From Camelus ferus (taxonomy: Eukaryota): DNA of 64,000 nucleotides. Below, piece by piece: positions 12,089 through 24,040 of this stretch. Position 1 is the stretch's first letter. Each line of letters opens with the position of its first letter. The stretch lies in assembly GCF_009834535.1 (NCBI RefSeq), contig NC_045697.1, positions 10,664,001 through 10,728,000 of the forward strand, given 5' to 3'. Made by a program: the position numbers and the translations under genes. Under the pieces are notes generated by a model. That model was not told where the DNA came from. It did not search any database and saw only the letters and a program-made list of their open reading frames with translations.

Positions 12089-15000
12089 ACATCTTATCTT
12101 GTTGTCTGTTAAAGGACAGGCAGGAGCCTGATGGAAGGATTAAGGGCTCAGCTGCTAAGAAAGGCTGACTTCCTGGTAATGCCACCAAGCCTCAGCCAGG
12201 GACACAGAGAAACAGCGGGAGGGAGACGGCGGAAGGCCCACGGGAGATCTGTGACTAAAGAGACCTTCCAACTCCCTCAGAGAAGAAGCAGGGGAAAGGA
12301 AATCCCAAATGAAATGGGAAGACAGGGTGTCAGGGGAGTTGGCACCTGAGCGGCATGTGCAGGTTTCTTTACATCTTGCTCTAGAACTCTTTAAGTTTAA
12401 GAGCATAATAAAATCTCACTACTTATGAAACACTAGACAATTGATACACACCAAGTCGGAAAGGAAGTTATACATCTCAGTTTTAATCAGCTGTGCCCAA
12501 AAAGAAGGTCTGGCTACTTCCCTATGAAACCACCACAGGGAGCCAGCGCCACTGAGAGCAGCTCAGGGAGCTGCCGGCAGAAAATCCAGGAAAGCTCTCC
12601 CGACTCATCAGCTGCATCAGCATCAAACGGGGTGTTTATTTCAAGTGCAGATGATCGATCGGAACTAATCTCTCAAGATGTGGCTCATTAATCTGCATCT
12701 TTAACCCACTGCCCCTGTGAGTAATTAGTAAAACAAGTAAGATTTGAGAACCAGCACTGTTCCCACGGACCCCCTGGCTAATCCGTGCTATTTTCCAGAC
12801 ACCTCAATCTTCCCAAACACAACTGCAGAACAACAGGCACAAGACAAAAGCTCCCCAAGTCCCCTTCTTACATTGAACTGACTGGGCCCAACGTCTGCGT
12901 GGGGGGTCCCTGACTTACTCATCCTCTCTGCACCCCGGGAGCCCAGCACGCGGTAGGCACTCAGTAAGGACTGCTGAAATCAAACGGCGGCAGGCAGAGA
13001 GAAGACTGACAAAGTGGTCATGTTTACCTGTTTCAGAACTGACCAAGCATCTGTTGATAAGCAGCCTCCAGCCTCTGCAAGGGAGGTGCTGGACTGCTTA
13101 CAGCTGTTTCCTCCAACACAAGCAGCAGACTGTCGCCTCGCTGGAGTCATCCACGGCGGAACAACCGGCCTACCATTCTGGGCGCCATACTTTCAGCTGG
13201 GACCCTCGACTTCACAGGCTTTGGAACCGGCTCCCTCAGGGCCTCTCTCGTCACACAGGCACCGGACTATAATCAATAAGGGCGAGTCACCATTTTCTGG
13301 TTTGCGGGGTGCAGATTCCTGGTTTCTACTCCAAATGCACTGAATTCAGATTGGGAAAGGGACCCAAGAACATGAATTTTAAGCAAATACCTCACATGAT
13401 TCTGAGCCTGGAGTCCAGGGATGGGCACGTCCACAAACACTGGTTTAAAAACAAATACAATGACCATCCAGCTTCATTTCTGCTCTCCTTTTTTTGACGG
13501 AAATTTTGAAGGACTTTTTTAAAGGATCTGTAGATGTTTGTTATCTTGGGTTTACTGAGGGGGTGGGGCACGATGGGAGCTGCCCAACTTCTGAGCCAAC
13601 CTTTGTGAGTCCTGTGGGTGGCCGTCTTGCCTCTCATTGTGAGGCCCGCTGAGGTGCCCAAACTGAGCCCAAGCTTGGCCAGTCAGATGCTTACTCCTGG
13701 GCTTGTGCAGGAGAGACACACTGAGGCAGAGGTGGTGTCTACCTCATCCAAACAATGATGGCGGCCTGCCAGCAGCCACAGCCAGTCTCTGGGGGCAGCC
13801 ATGGCCATACACCAATCAGGGGACCTGCTGCATGTCCTGTGTCCCACTCCTCCAGGCTCCTCGGCCTGGCTAGCCAGCCCTCCTGTCATTTCTCTAAGCC
13901 ACCCAGTATCCAGTCCCTTTTTCTGCTTAAGTTATCCAGAGTTGGTTTCTGTCGCCTTGTAACAAAGCAACCTGACCTTTAACAAATCTCAAAGCAAGTT
14001 CTCGGCCCCTGCAAAACCCAATTGTTCATATTTTAAACAGTACCAACAAAACAATATTTGATTTAAAGTTTTATTATTTCCCACTTGTCCTCTGATGCAC
14101 TTTGCTTCACTGACTTGCCATTTAGGGGGAAAACAAAGTAAAACTGGGTCCTTATCTAGACACACAGAAATAGCCCAGCATGCAACTCTTAAGGAAGTTC
14201 ATTTAAAAAAAGATTAGGGGACCCATTAAGAAAACAAAACTAAACTGAAGGGCGCTGCTGCAAGGACAAGAGCCCTCGCTTTTGAGACGGGGACATCTCC
14301 AGTCCCACTGATGAGCTCTGTGACAGTAGTCGCTTACAATCTCCAAGCTGTCCTCTGCTCATCTGTAAAATGGGGTTTGGAATTGTGTGCGAGGGCTGCA
14401 GCTGGAACAGGTACAGGCCCTGCCGCACAAACACCTGGCAGGTGTGGTGGAGGGTGTGTACGGCCACTGCACAGAGAAATAGTCTAAACTCCACCGTGGA
14501 TCCCAGGCTCACCCTGGCAGGCAGGGCAGCTCCGAGGGTACTAAAGGCGGAAACTCACAAAAGAGTGAGGAAAGAGGTAGAAACTTCACACACTAAGTTG
14601 CCTTGATAGTCAAGTCTTCGACCCACAGAAAGCGGCAATTTCATGTAGTTCAACCAACCATCACCAGCAGCTGTCTGAGTCTCCAGTGGGTTTATGTTGC
14701 GGTTGGGAGAAGGGGTGTTCAAGGCCCTTAATCATACACCTGCTGATCTTAACAAAGGTCAGCCGCCGCCCACCGGAACCCGGGAAAACCTTTCTCAAGC
14801 CGGGGCAGGAGAAAGGTCAGCAGCCTCCGTGGGCTACAGGCGCAACCTGTTGCTGCAGAAAGCTAGCGGTAATGGCTTCCTCGGTCTTTCCCTCCAATCC
14901 AAAGACAGGCCGGGGCCCCTCCGGGGCTCGCTCCATCCCGGGTAGGAGCCTCTCTCGGGCTGCGGGACAAAGGATAAGCCGCAGGGCGGGCGCGGGAAGC

Positions 15001-15994
15001 GAGGAGACTCGAAGGAATCCGCCGCCGCCTGGGGGAGGGGGTTGCCGGAGTAACTTGGCTGCGCCCGGCGCGCCAGCGCGGGTTCCCGGCCGCATGCAGG
15101 TTGGTATGGATCGGGGGTCGCCAGTGGAGGGGTGGTGAGGGTCCTGAGCGGTGTGCCTCAAGCCCCCGTGGATCGGATCCCCAGCCCCCGCGCGGACTTT
15201 CGGGAAAACTGACTCCAGGCTGCCGACTCTCCCGCACCGCGAAGCTCTCCCTCCGTCCACGTTTCCCTTTGTTGTCCTGGCCCGCGCCGTACAGGCGCGG
15301 TGCGCCGCGATCTCTCAGTTCTCCCTCCAGCAATCGCCGAACGTCCCCGCGCTGTGCACCCAAAGTGGGCAGAGGGATGCTTCAAGTCAGGGGAGCGAGT
15401 GCTCCCTCATGGGCGCGGCCATAAGGCCTCCCACTGCACCCCCCAGAGCCCCCGTCCTGTGATGGACAGTTGCCCAGCGTACTCCATTTAGAAAACCAGA
15501 GGAAGGTGACCCCTTCCCATACCCAGCCCGGGAGGGTCAGTGCCCCGCAACCCCGGGTCACTCTTCAGCAGAACAGTTCTCAAGTCCCGGGCGAGCCTCC
15601 TCTCGTCCTTCGCCCTCTCAGAGACCCAGCTGGCAACCTCGGGGTCTGGGTCGCGCTCGCTCTCCCACCGCCAGCTCGCGCCCCGGAACCTGGCGAGCCA
15701 CTGCCGCCGGCTCCCCCGCAGCGCATGGCAAGAACACCCACCACGCAGCCCGCAAAGTTTGCGCGCGTCTGCCCCCCGCCCGGAATCCCCGCTGGCTCCC
15801 CCGCCGCTCTTGGAGCTCGCACCACCTGCCACGGGGCCGGGGAGGGGACGCCGAGGGCTGGGCGGAGACGGGCGCAGAGCGAGCCCTTCCATTCCCCATT
15901 CCCCGCCCCAGCTTTCTGGAAAGGGGAGCGCTCAGCCTCGCGGTCGAGTCCGCAGATACCTCCCGAGCCCCGGGATGAAGATGCAGCTACTCAC

Positions 15995-16062
15995 CGCGCG
16001 CCGGGTCCAGCTCCCTCTTCTGCCCTCGCCGCCGCAGCCGCCGCCCCCTTTGCTCATAGCCC
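15995..16062 (-). other. PROM1: Candidate non-coding first exon of PROM1 (donor GCG|GTGAGT; 5' end uncertain)
   Basis: Consensus donor with intron starting at 15994, inside the CpG island. A CATAAA TATA-like element lies on the minus strand at 16096-16091. Confidence 0.55.
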
Positions 16063-16309
16063 CCCTCGCCCGGCCCCGGCTCATGAATGATTTATGAGTC
16101 GGCCTCGGGGACCACCGGGACGGCTTCCGGAGAGGCCGCCTGGCTGCCCCGCGCGCCAGCCAGACCCCCGGACGGGGCGGGCCCGGAAAGGCGCCTGTCC
16201 TGGAGGCCCGCCGGCCAGGAGCAGGGTGACGGCGGCGACCTGTTGCGGCCTCCCCCGCTCCCGGACGGTTGCGGCCGGCGGAATGCACCGCTTCCGTAAA
16301 CGTACTCAC

Positions 16310-16340
16310 CCGCGGCGGGAGAGCCGAGCGCGCGGCCAGG
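16310..16340 (-). other. PROM1: Candidate non-coding first exon of PROM1 (donor GGG|GTGAGT; 5' end uncertain)
   Basis: Consensus donor with intron starting at 16309. TTTAAA at 16366-16371 lies upstream on the minus strand. Confidence 0.5.
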
Positions 16341-16496
16341 TGCCCGGTGGGGACTGGATGGGGACTTTAAAGAGCGCTAAGCCCGGGGTTCTGCCCGCCC
16401 TCCCGGTTGGACCAGCTGAGCAGCTTCGCCACGATGCCCCAGGGTACCCACAGGGACCTCGCTGCATCCATTTCCTGCCGCCGAGAGTCCCCTCAC

Positions 16497-16560
16497 CCGA
16501 GCACGTTCTTCTCCCAACACCCACGCCTCCTTTACGCAAGCAGAGAGGGCTACTCGGAAC
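16497..16560 (-). other. PROM1: Weaker candidate non-coding first exon (donor CGG|GTGAGG; 5' end uncertain)
   Basis: Donor-like site with intron starting at 16496, at the distal edge of the CpG island. Confidence 0.3.
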
Positions 16561-17532
16561 GCCGCTGCTCTTCCACAAACTTCTCTCTCTCTTTCCAACT
16601 CAGACCTGCCTCGGTAACAACCCGTGACGCTTTAGATGCTTCTATTACCAAATTTCAAGACTTTTTTTTAATGCACCCAAATAAAAGAAAACTCAAATCA
16701 TTTGGTTCCTTGACGTGTACTAACCGCAATGCCAGCGGCTGGAGCTATAAAACCGGCAAAAAGCAGTCCTTAACCCCTTATGTGCACACAGGCATCCGCT
16801 ATAGCTGCAAACATTGAGCGTTAGTGACTCTTTGCATATCGGTCTCTCGCCTATGAGTTGCCTGCCATTTCCGCAGGCTAAGTGATGGAAATCTTCTGCC
16901 AGAAGCAACCACTCCAACTACACACACCGACGTTCATCTCACTCTTCCCTCCCTACTTCCTATCTTGAGTGGAGAGTATAGTCTGATAGGAAAAAAGACG
17001 ACCTACAGAAGACAAGCACCTTCAGGACGGTGTCTAGCACACAGTAGGTGTTCAAGGCTTGTGATATAGGATAAATGGGAAGGACGAACAGACCAACGAT
17101 TGAAAGATGGACAGTAACGTTAATTCAGTAGCTCTCTCACTTACCCCAGAACCTAGCACAAAACAGGTGTTGGAAAGAGTGTGATTTGTCTGATTTATAG
17201 TTAAAAGTTTAAATTGATCTTGAATGCGCGTATTTCCAGGGCAAATGCTAGTTCTGGAAACTTATGAAAACTGCAGTACAGACATAGCCAGGTTAGGCGA
17301 GATGTCTAATCAGGCCTGATGTTTCCTCCTCTGAAAGCCCCTGTTGGTTGGGGCCCCTGATGGAACACCTCCAGAGGCCCCAGCACTTCTGCTCAAAGGC
17401 CACCCTCTCTAGGTGGGGCCCAGAGGTGAGTTCTTCCCTCCTGAGAGCAGCCAGCTGTGTCCTGCCTCAAATTTTAGCCCTGTCTTTTTTCATCAGTGCT
17501 TAACCTAGCTAAACCTCAGTTTCCTTGTCTGC

Positions 17533-17582
17533 AAAAAAAAAAAAAAAGAAAAAGAAAAAAAAGAAAAGAAAAGAAAAGAAAG
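17533..17582. repeat. A-rich / (AAAAG)n tract inside a MIR
   Basis: Direct reading. Confidence 0.9.
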
Positions 17583-18172
17583 ATAATTAAGCCTCACAGG
17601 GCTCATTCTTATCCCTAATAATAAAAACAGTAATAATAATTATAACTGTAGTAGTGGTGAGAGCTAAAACTTAATGAATTTTCACTTCAAATGCGATACT
17701 ATGCCAAGCGTTTTATGTGCATTATTTCATGTAATCTTAGCAATAAGAACAGCATATCCCCATCTTAAAAATAAGGCTAAAAGAGTTTCAATAATTTGCC
17801 CAAGGTCACAAACCTAGTAAGAGAAGTACTGAATTTGAACTCAGATCTGGTCTCCAAAGCCCATGATTGTTCTAACACACCAGTGCACAGAAAGATAATA
17901 TAAAACCCCGACAGATGATGTAGTGTGGATTGAAAAGGTCAGCCATCTGTCTTCCTGCAACTGCTTTTATCTCAGATCCCCCAACCCCACTCTAACTGGA
18001 TCGTCCTAGGTGTTTAATAATTAAATGAATAAATAGTAAACATAGAACACAATATTAAGATCTGTTCTGAACAGCCTAAGGCAGACAGTGACAGGACCTA
18101 ATGATTTGTTCTGTTCAATTTAACCTGGAGTTCTAATGCTATAGTTCTGTTATTTGGCACAACTGAATTTCT

Positions 18173-18998
18173 TTTCTTTTTCTTTTTTATTGAAGTATAG
18201 TTGATTTACAATATTGCATTAGGTTCAGGTGTACAGCATAGTGATTTGAGTTTTGGATTCTTTTTGCAGATTATATTCCTATTATAGGTTGTTACAAGAT
18301 ATTGACTATAATTCCCTGTGCTATATAGTAAATCCTTGTTGCTTATCTATTTTAAGTATAGCAGTTTGTACCTGCTAATCCTATACTCCTAATTTGTCCC
18401 TCCCCACCCCTACCCATCCCTACCCCGCCCACCCCCACCACCTTCGGTAACCTGTATGTCTGTGCATCTGTTTTGTACATAGATTCATTTGAATTATTTT
18501 TTAGATACCATATGCAAGTGCTATCATATAGTATTTGTCTTTGTCTGACTTATTTCACCGAGCATAATACACTCCAGATTCATCTGTGTTGTTGCAAGTG
18601 GCAGTATTTCATTCTTTTTTAGGGTTAATAGTCCCTTATATAGCACATCTTCTTAAGCCAATCATTTGTTGATGGGCACTTGGGTTGTTTCCATGTCTTG
18701 GCTATTGTAAATAGTGCTGCTATGAACATTAGGGTGCATGTATCTCTTCAAATTAGAGTTTTCATTTTGGCCAGATATATATCGAGGAGTAGATGGATAC
18801 CCAGGATATGGTAGCTTTGTCTTTAGTTCTCTTAAGGAGCCTCCATGCTATTTTCCATAGTGGCTGCACCAGTTTTTATTCCCACCAACAGTGTATGAGG
18901 GTTCCCTTTTCTCCACACCCTCTTGAGCATTTATTATTTGTAGACTTTTTGATGATGGCCATTCTGAAGCGATACATCATTGTGGTTTTGACTTCGTG
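18173..18998 (-). mobile_element. 5'-truncated LINE-1 3' end (artiodactyl-type)
   Basis: Poly(T) followed by ttattgaagtatagttgatttacaat... TSD caactgaatttct (18160-18172) / caactaaatttct (18999-19011). Confidence 0.9.
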
Positions 18999-19259
18999 CA
19001 ACTAAATTTCTACGTCATCTGTCATATGCAAGGCCAGAGAGGGTGATGTTATTCCCATATACATACTCAGTCATTAGGTGCAAAAATTAGGTCTCCTTTT
19101 CTAAACATCGCTCCTCACTTTTCCTGCCCTAGTGAAATCTAAGCATGAGGCAGTGTGGCAGCCTGGAAACAGCCAGAAGATTCCTTCAGGTTCAGTCACA
19201 AGCTGCCAGTGGGTCCCTGGTCAGTCATGTAACCCCCCAGACTTCACATTCTCTTTGGT

Positions 19260-19363
19260 CAAGAGCCCTGCTCAATGACCACAGTGGGCTAGAGGCTACC
19301 ATTTTGGACAGTGCAGATACAGGACATTTCCATCATCACAGACAGGTCTACTGGATAGTGCTG
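19260..19363. mobile_element. MER3-like hAT fragment
   Basis: ggctaccattttggacagtgcagatacaggacatttccatcatcacaga...ctactggatagtgctg. Confidence 0.75.
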
Positions 19364-20816
19364 GGTTAAATAGTGAGCTATAATAAAGGAAAAATTACAA
19401 CAGGGCTGCAATAAGAAACTTAAAGTTTCAACAAAAATTATCAGGGTTATGTGACATTAGAAGTTAAGTGTTAAAAAAAAGAATGAAGTGTTGATTGAGA
19501 TTAATTATTGTTGGAGTACACAATGCTTGGTCATTCAACAATCCTCAATCTTTGACAAGATATTCTTTATGAAGAACTTTGGATATTTTTCTGAGTCACT
19601 AAGGCTAAAACAAAATAAGTTAGCGAGTATGTTATTCTGGTTAACCTGACAATTTCTGTGAATAACTATGTTCAAAAAAAATTATGTGTTTGTATGGCCA
19701 ACAAACATGGCAGCATGTGACCCTTTAGAAAAACAGGTTTGTGTCATCTCAACATCCACTGACTTGTCTTCTTAAGACTGAAACTTGTGTAAGAGACAGC
19801 CAGCGAGACAGGGAAACAGAAACAGAGACAGAGATAGACAGAGACAAAGAAACAAAGAAAGAGAAATTGCTGTAAACAGAAATTCCACTAGCTTTGAAGG
19901 GAACGGCTTCAGGCAAGCCAGGGTTCTCCTCTAAATGATTTACCTCTTGATTTCCTGTTAATCTAGCTTTTTCCCTCTTGCTCTGGGCTTACGTACCGAA
20001 AATAGCATTGCTGGTGTTTAATAACCAAAAGCCAAGAATACAGTCTTCTTGTGCTTTGAGAACCTTCAGCCATGAGTTGCAACTCCTCCATCAAGCCCAC
20101 TGCATACTAACTCAAAGGCAGAGGAAGAAAACATCAGTACAGTTTGGGCCAAGGGGAGGAGAGAGACAGAAAGCGCAGGCCAAGGACAGTGCCTCAGAGC
20201 TTCAATTCCAAATAAGAAACGTGGGGAGAAGTTGGAAAACTCAGTCACAGTTTAATGGGGCAGGTGTGAGGTACTTTTATATTTTATGTGCTGAGTCTGT
20301 CTTTTGGTAACTGTTTTGAATAAATGCCTCATCTCTGGGGCTGGCTTTCACCTGTGCCTTTCCCTCTGACGTCATTTTTAACATGCACTAACTCAAGTGG
20401 GGCTTCATAACTTGCCTTCAGGAACTGTATGGAAAAAATGAGAGCCATAGAAGGTAAGAGAATTATAAAGTGCTAGGACACTCTCTCATTTTCTTAAGGA
20501 AGGCAAGGTTCTTTCCAGCTAGATGATATTGAGAGCTTGCAGAAGGAGGCAGGCAAGAAAATTCCACAATTCTGATTCTATAGTTTTCAGTTTTTATCAT
20601 ATCCCATAAAAGATTCACCCAGGAACTTTTAATTTACACAACACAAAACTTGCATCTATGCACACAGTGTTTTACCCCTCTGGGAATAATTACTATTATT
20701 ACCTTTCTCTAAAGAACTATTAATTTGCATTTATCTTCATCATCATCTAAAAGCACTTTAAGCATGAGTTAACCATTCGTTCATTCATTCATTCATAAAA
20801 ATTACTCAGCACCGAC

Positions 20817-21165
20817 TGAAACCCAGCAGGATCCTGCAGGGCCCTCCCAGCTAGCCAAAAATATATGGCTCAGATAATGTTCCAGCTGAAAGCAAGACCT
20901 GATGGCTACTTGGAAGCACATAATCAAGACAGCCATCTCTGAAAATTGAAGATTATCCCCTCCCCAGCACATAGCCCTTCCTCTTTTCCTCATATGATCT
21001 CTGAGCAAAACCTGGAGAGTTGGGAGTTGGTTCTTTGGGACGTGAGTGCACCTTCTTCCCAGGATTGCCAGCTTCCTTAACGAAACTATCTTTCCTTTTA
21101 CCCAACACTTGTTTCTTAGTATTGAATTCTTGAGCAATAAGCAGTCGAACCTGAGTTCAGTAACA
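20817..21165 (+). mobile_element. ERV1-class solo LTR (349 bp) inserted in an L2 3' tail
   Basis: TG...CA termini (tgaaacccagcagg...ttcagtaaca). 4-bp TSD cgac/ctac. The flanks rejoin as the L2 motif cattcattc...agcac(c)tactatatgtcagg. Confidence 0.85.
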
Positions 21166-21659
21166 CTACTATATGTCAGGAGCTAGAGATTCCAGTTACT
21201 CTGACCCAGAACATCCTTATGAAAAGTCTGTTACACTTTAATGGGGCAGATTTGAGGGAATTTTATATTTCATGTGCTGAATTTGTCTTCCAGTTACCTT
21301 TTCCAATGAAACTTATGAAAAAACTATTTTATGAAACACTGTCCTTCCTCTTATTGACCCCTTGCATATTTCCCTCATTGTGAGACTTTCTAAAAAATGA
21401 TTCTCTGCATAATTTTTTGCATCATACTTTGTCTACTACCTAAGCTATAATCAGATATTTATTTTAAACCCACTAAACTTCCTGCTAATTACAACACTAT
21501 TCATTTTTGCCAGAGCAATGAAGGTGTTAAATTATAGTCCCCAAAATTATTTATACTAGAGAGTGAAGGAGGAGCCATATTTTGTGGTATGGTGGGAAAA
21601 GCATGGGAGGTGGAGGCTGAACAAACCTGGTAACAAGCCCTAGCTCTTTTATTCCCTTC

Positions 21660-21850
21660 ACTGACTCATTCATTCATTCTCTCATGCATTCATTCATTCA
21701 CTTGTACATGCATTCAACAAATGTTGATTGAGTACCTTCTGCGAGCCAGGCTGAGCAAAGATAAAAGGCAGAGAATAAACCAAAGGACACCCTTGGCCTT
21801 CCAGAGCTTACCCCCTCATAAAGGAGACCTTGAGACACATAAGCCAGCAA
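21660..21850. mobile_element. L2 3' tail (representative; others at ~2280, 6760, 20770, 34900, 48506, 60250)
   Basis: (CATT)n followed by caacaaatgttgattgagtacct...ccagg. Confidence 0.75.
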
Positions 21851-23340
21851 ATCAATAAGCATGTTCGCTGTATACCCTTCGATAAGTACTTGACCTCTCT
21901 GAGCTTCAGTTTCCTCACCTGCAAAATACAGGTTTTGCAAAAATTAAATGAGGTGGTATATGCAACCCACCTGGCACACAGGAGGCAATGAATGGCAGCT
22001 ATTATTTCTGCTCTTTCTATTTCTCTGTCAAACGCTCTCTCACCCCTACCCCCGATTTTTAGTTTCAATTTCATACATTCGGGGTGTAGGGCTGTTGGGT
22101 CCACAAGTTAAATGTTCATCCTACAAATATTTACATAATATGACCCAAGGATGTGTATGGCTCCAAGCCAGAAAGGCTGAAGGAGCTAGACATATTCTGA
22201 CCTTTGCTCTGCAGAAGAAATTGTCCAAGACTTGGAAATGGGCAAAGGAGACGACTGGGCATCCTTCCAGTGGAATGAGGGTCATGATCAAAAGGCCCTT
22301 CTGGGAATTATTGGATTCTATAGAGGTGTATGTTTGATTGTATTTCTATTGACTTGGATACATCACAACTCTGTAAGGGTAGAAGTTAAAATTGTGGAAC
22401 ACTGATAACAATGCAAATGGTTGTTCTCTGGTAAAGATCATTTCCTTTCCACCCTGTTGAAACATAATACTTCACTGCCCTATAGGATGCTGACAAATTT
22501 TGCAACTATCAGCAGATATTCATTTCAGCATTCCCGATTACCTATATAAATGTCTATTCTTCAAAGTATCCTTTGAAGCAGTCATAACATCTTACTGGTT
22601 TCCTCATTAATCAATGAGTTGAGTAAAATCTTTCACATATTTTCCCTATACATTTGCCTGGGAGTCATGTTTTTTAATTTTTTGAAAAAGCAGATAGCAA
22701 TTTTAAACATTAATTAATTTTTAATTAAAATGTGAATGAATCCTGGAAATGTAAAATGCATAGTTACCTCTAAACCTATGCATAGACCCTAATATTATAA
22801 TAACAGCCCCTCTGTTGGGAGAGAGATGCTGCAAGCCTCACATCAAATGTTCCTGTCAACTTTTCTTCCAGCTCTTTCCAACAGCAATCCCATTTAGAGC
22901 AACCTTTGACTCAAGTCTCCAAGGAACTGCTAGGGACAAAGGGAAATATTTTAAAAGCTAGCTTACAGTAGATGCCCTTTGACTGCTGCAGGCACAGAAT
23001 GATTTGTTGTGTTTTAATTAACAGGCTCAACGTTTTTAAAGATCAAGGAAAATGGCGGGGAAGCAGGTTCCAATGTTTACAAAATTCGGTTCTCCCCTCC
23101 ATCCTCATAATTTAGGTAGAATTACCTCGCCCTTGAAAGACCAGGGAGCAGAGAGGAAGGACTGGCCTGGTGGACTGGCTGGCATGTAAGTGCAGGGGCT
23201 GTACTTGGAGGCAGGGTTAAGTGCAGGACTGCCTGACCTCTTTCAATAATCCGGGTGAAGTCTGAGAGAGATCCCCAGACAGTTTACATTACGGAGGGCA
23301 GGAAAATTACAAATGAAGTCAGAATACTGTTCTAGATGAA

Positions 23341-23500
23341 GGCTGTTTTTAACCTCAGCCCTCCTGACATTTGGGGCTGGATAACCCTTTGATGTGGGGC
23401 TGTCCTGTGCACTGTGGGATGTTCACGCATCCCTGACCTACCCACCAGACAGAAGTAGCGCCCACCTCCCACGTTGCGACAACCAAATACTTCCAAAATC
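23341..23500. mobile_element. MER20 (hAT-Charlie)
   Basis: gacatttggggctggataaccctttgatgtggggctgtcctgtgcactgtgggatgtt...gttgcgacaaccaaa. Confidence 0.85.
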
Positions 23501-24040
23501 TAGAGTTTGAAATTTTTTTTTTAAGTCAGAGGAGAAATGATTGAGTTTGGGCAAAATTTATCAGCTGTATTAAAGAAGGCGTCTCCACTATCAGTTTTGT
23601 CAAGTACTAAGCATTTGGGTCGAGACCTAAAGCATATGGTGTACCCAAACCACTTAATCCACTCAGGTCACCTCCCTGGCCCCAGGGAGTCAGCCCTCCC
23701 TGACCTCACATAGCCAATGATGACAGCCTGCTTTGAAAGAATTGCAAAGTGCATTATTTCAGGAATATAGCTACAACTCCTCCACTGGGACCGTCACCAA
23801 CCTCCAGTGCTGGGTGCTGTTCTGAGGATAGCCTCGCACTTGGAGAAGCTCGACATTTTACTTATAATTTTGAGCATAGAGGCATTCGGACAAAAAGACT
23901 AAAAGGATAGTTAATGAAATCTCCGATGGCCTAATGAGAAAGTGCCTGGCGTGTGATAACTCTCAGAGGAAAACTGGTGGGGGGGTGGTCAGGGGCGGTG
24001 CGGGGAAACTATAAGCTCAAAAAAAGACAAACAGAAGTCA

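Larger units (their letters stand above)
14760..16630. promoter_or_regulatory. PROM1: CpG island / PROM1 promoter region
   Basis: Very GC- and CpG-rich, repeat-free block 5-6.5 kb upstream of the ATG exon, with GC boxes and an ETS core (CTTCCGG 16124-16130). Human PROM1 has alternative promoters in an upstream CpG island. Confidence 0.88.

Noticed and set aside
14686-16817. Many overlapping 100-200 aa ORFs on both strands
   Set aside because: Expected from stop-codon scarcity in a CpG island. They are Pro/Arg/Ala/Gly-rich with no recognisable domain.
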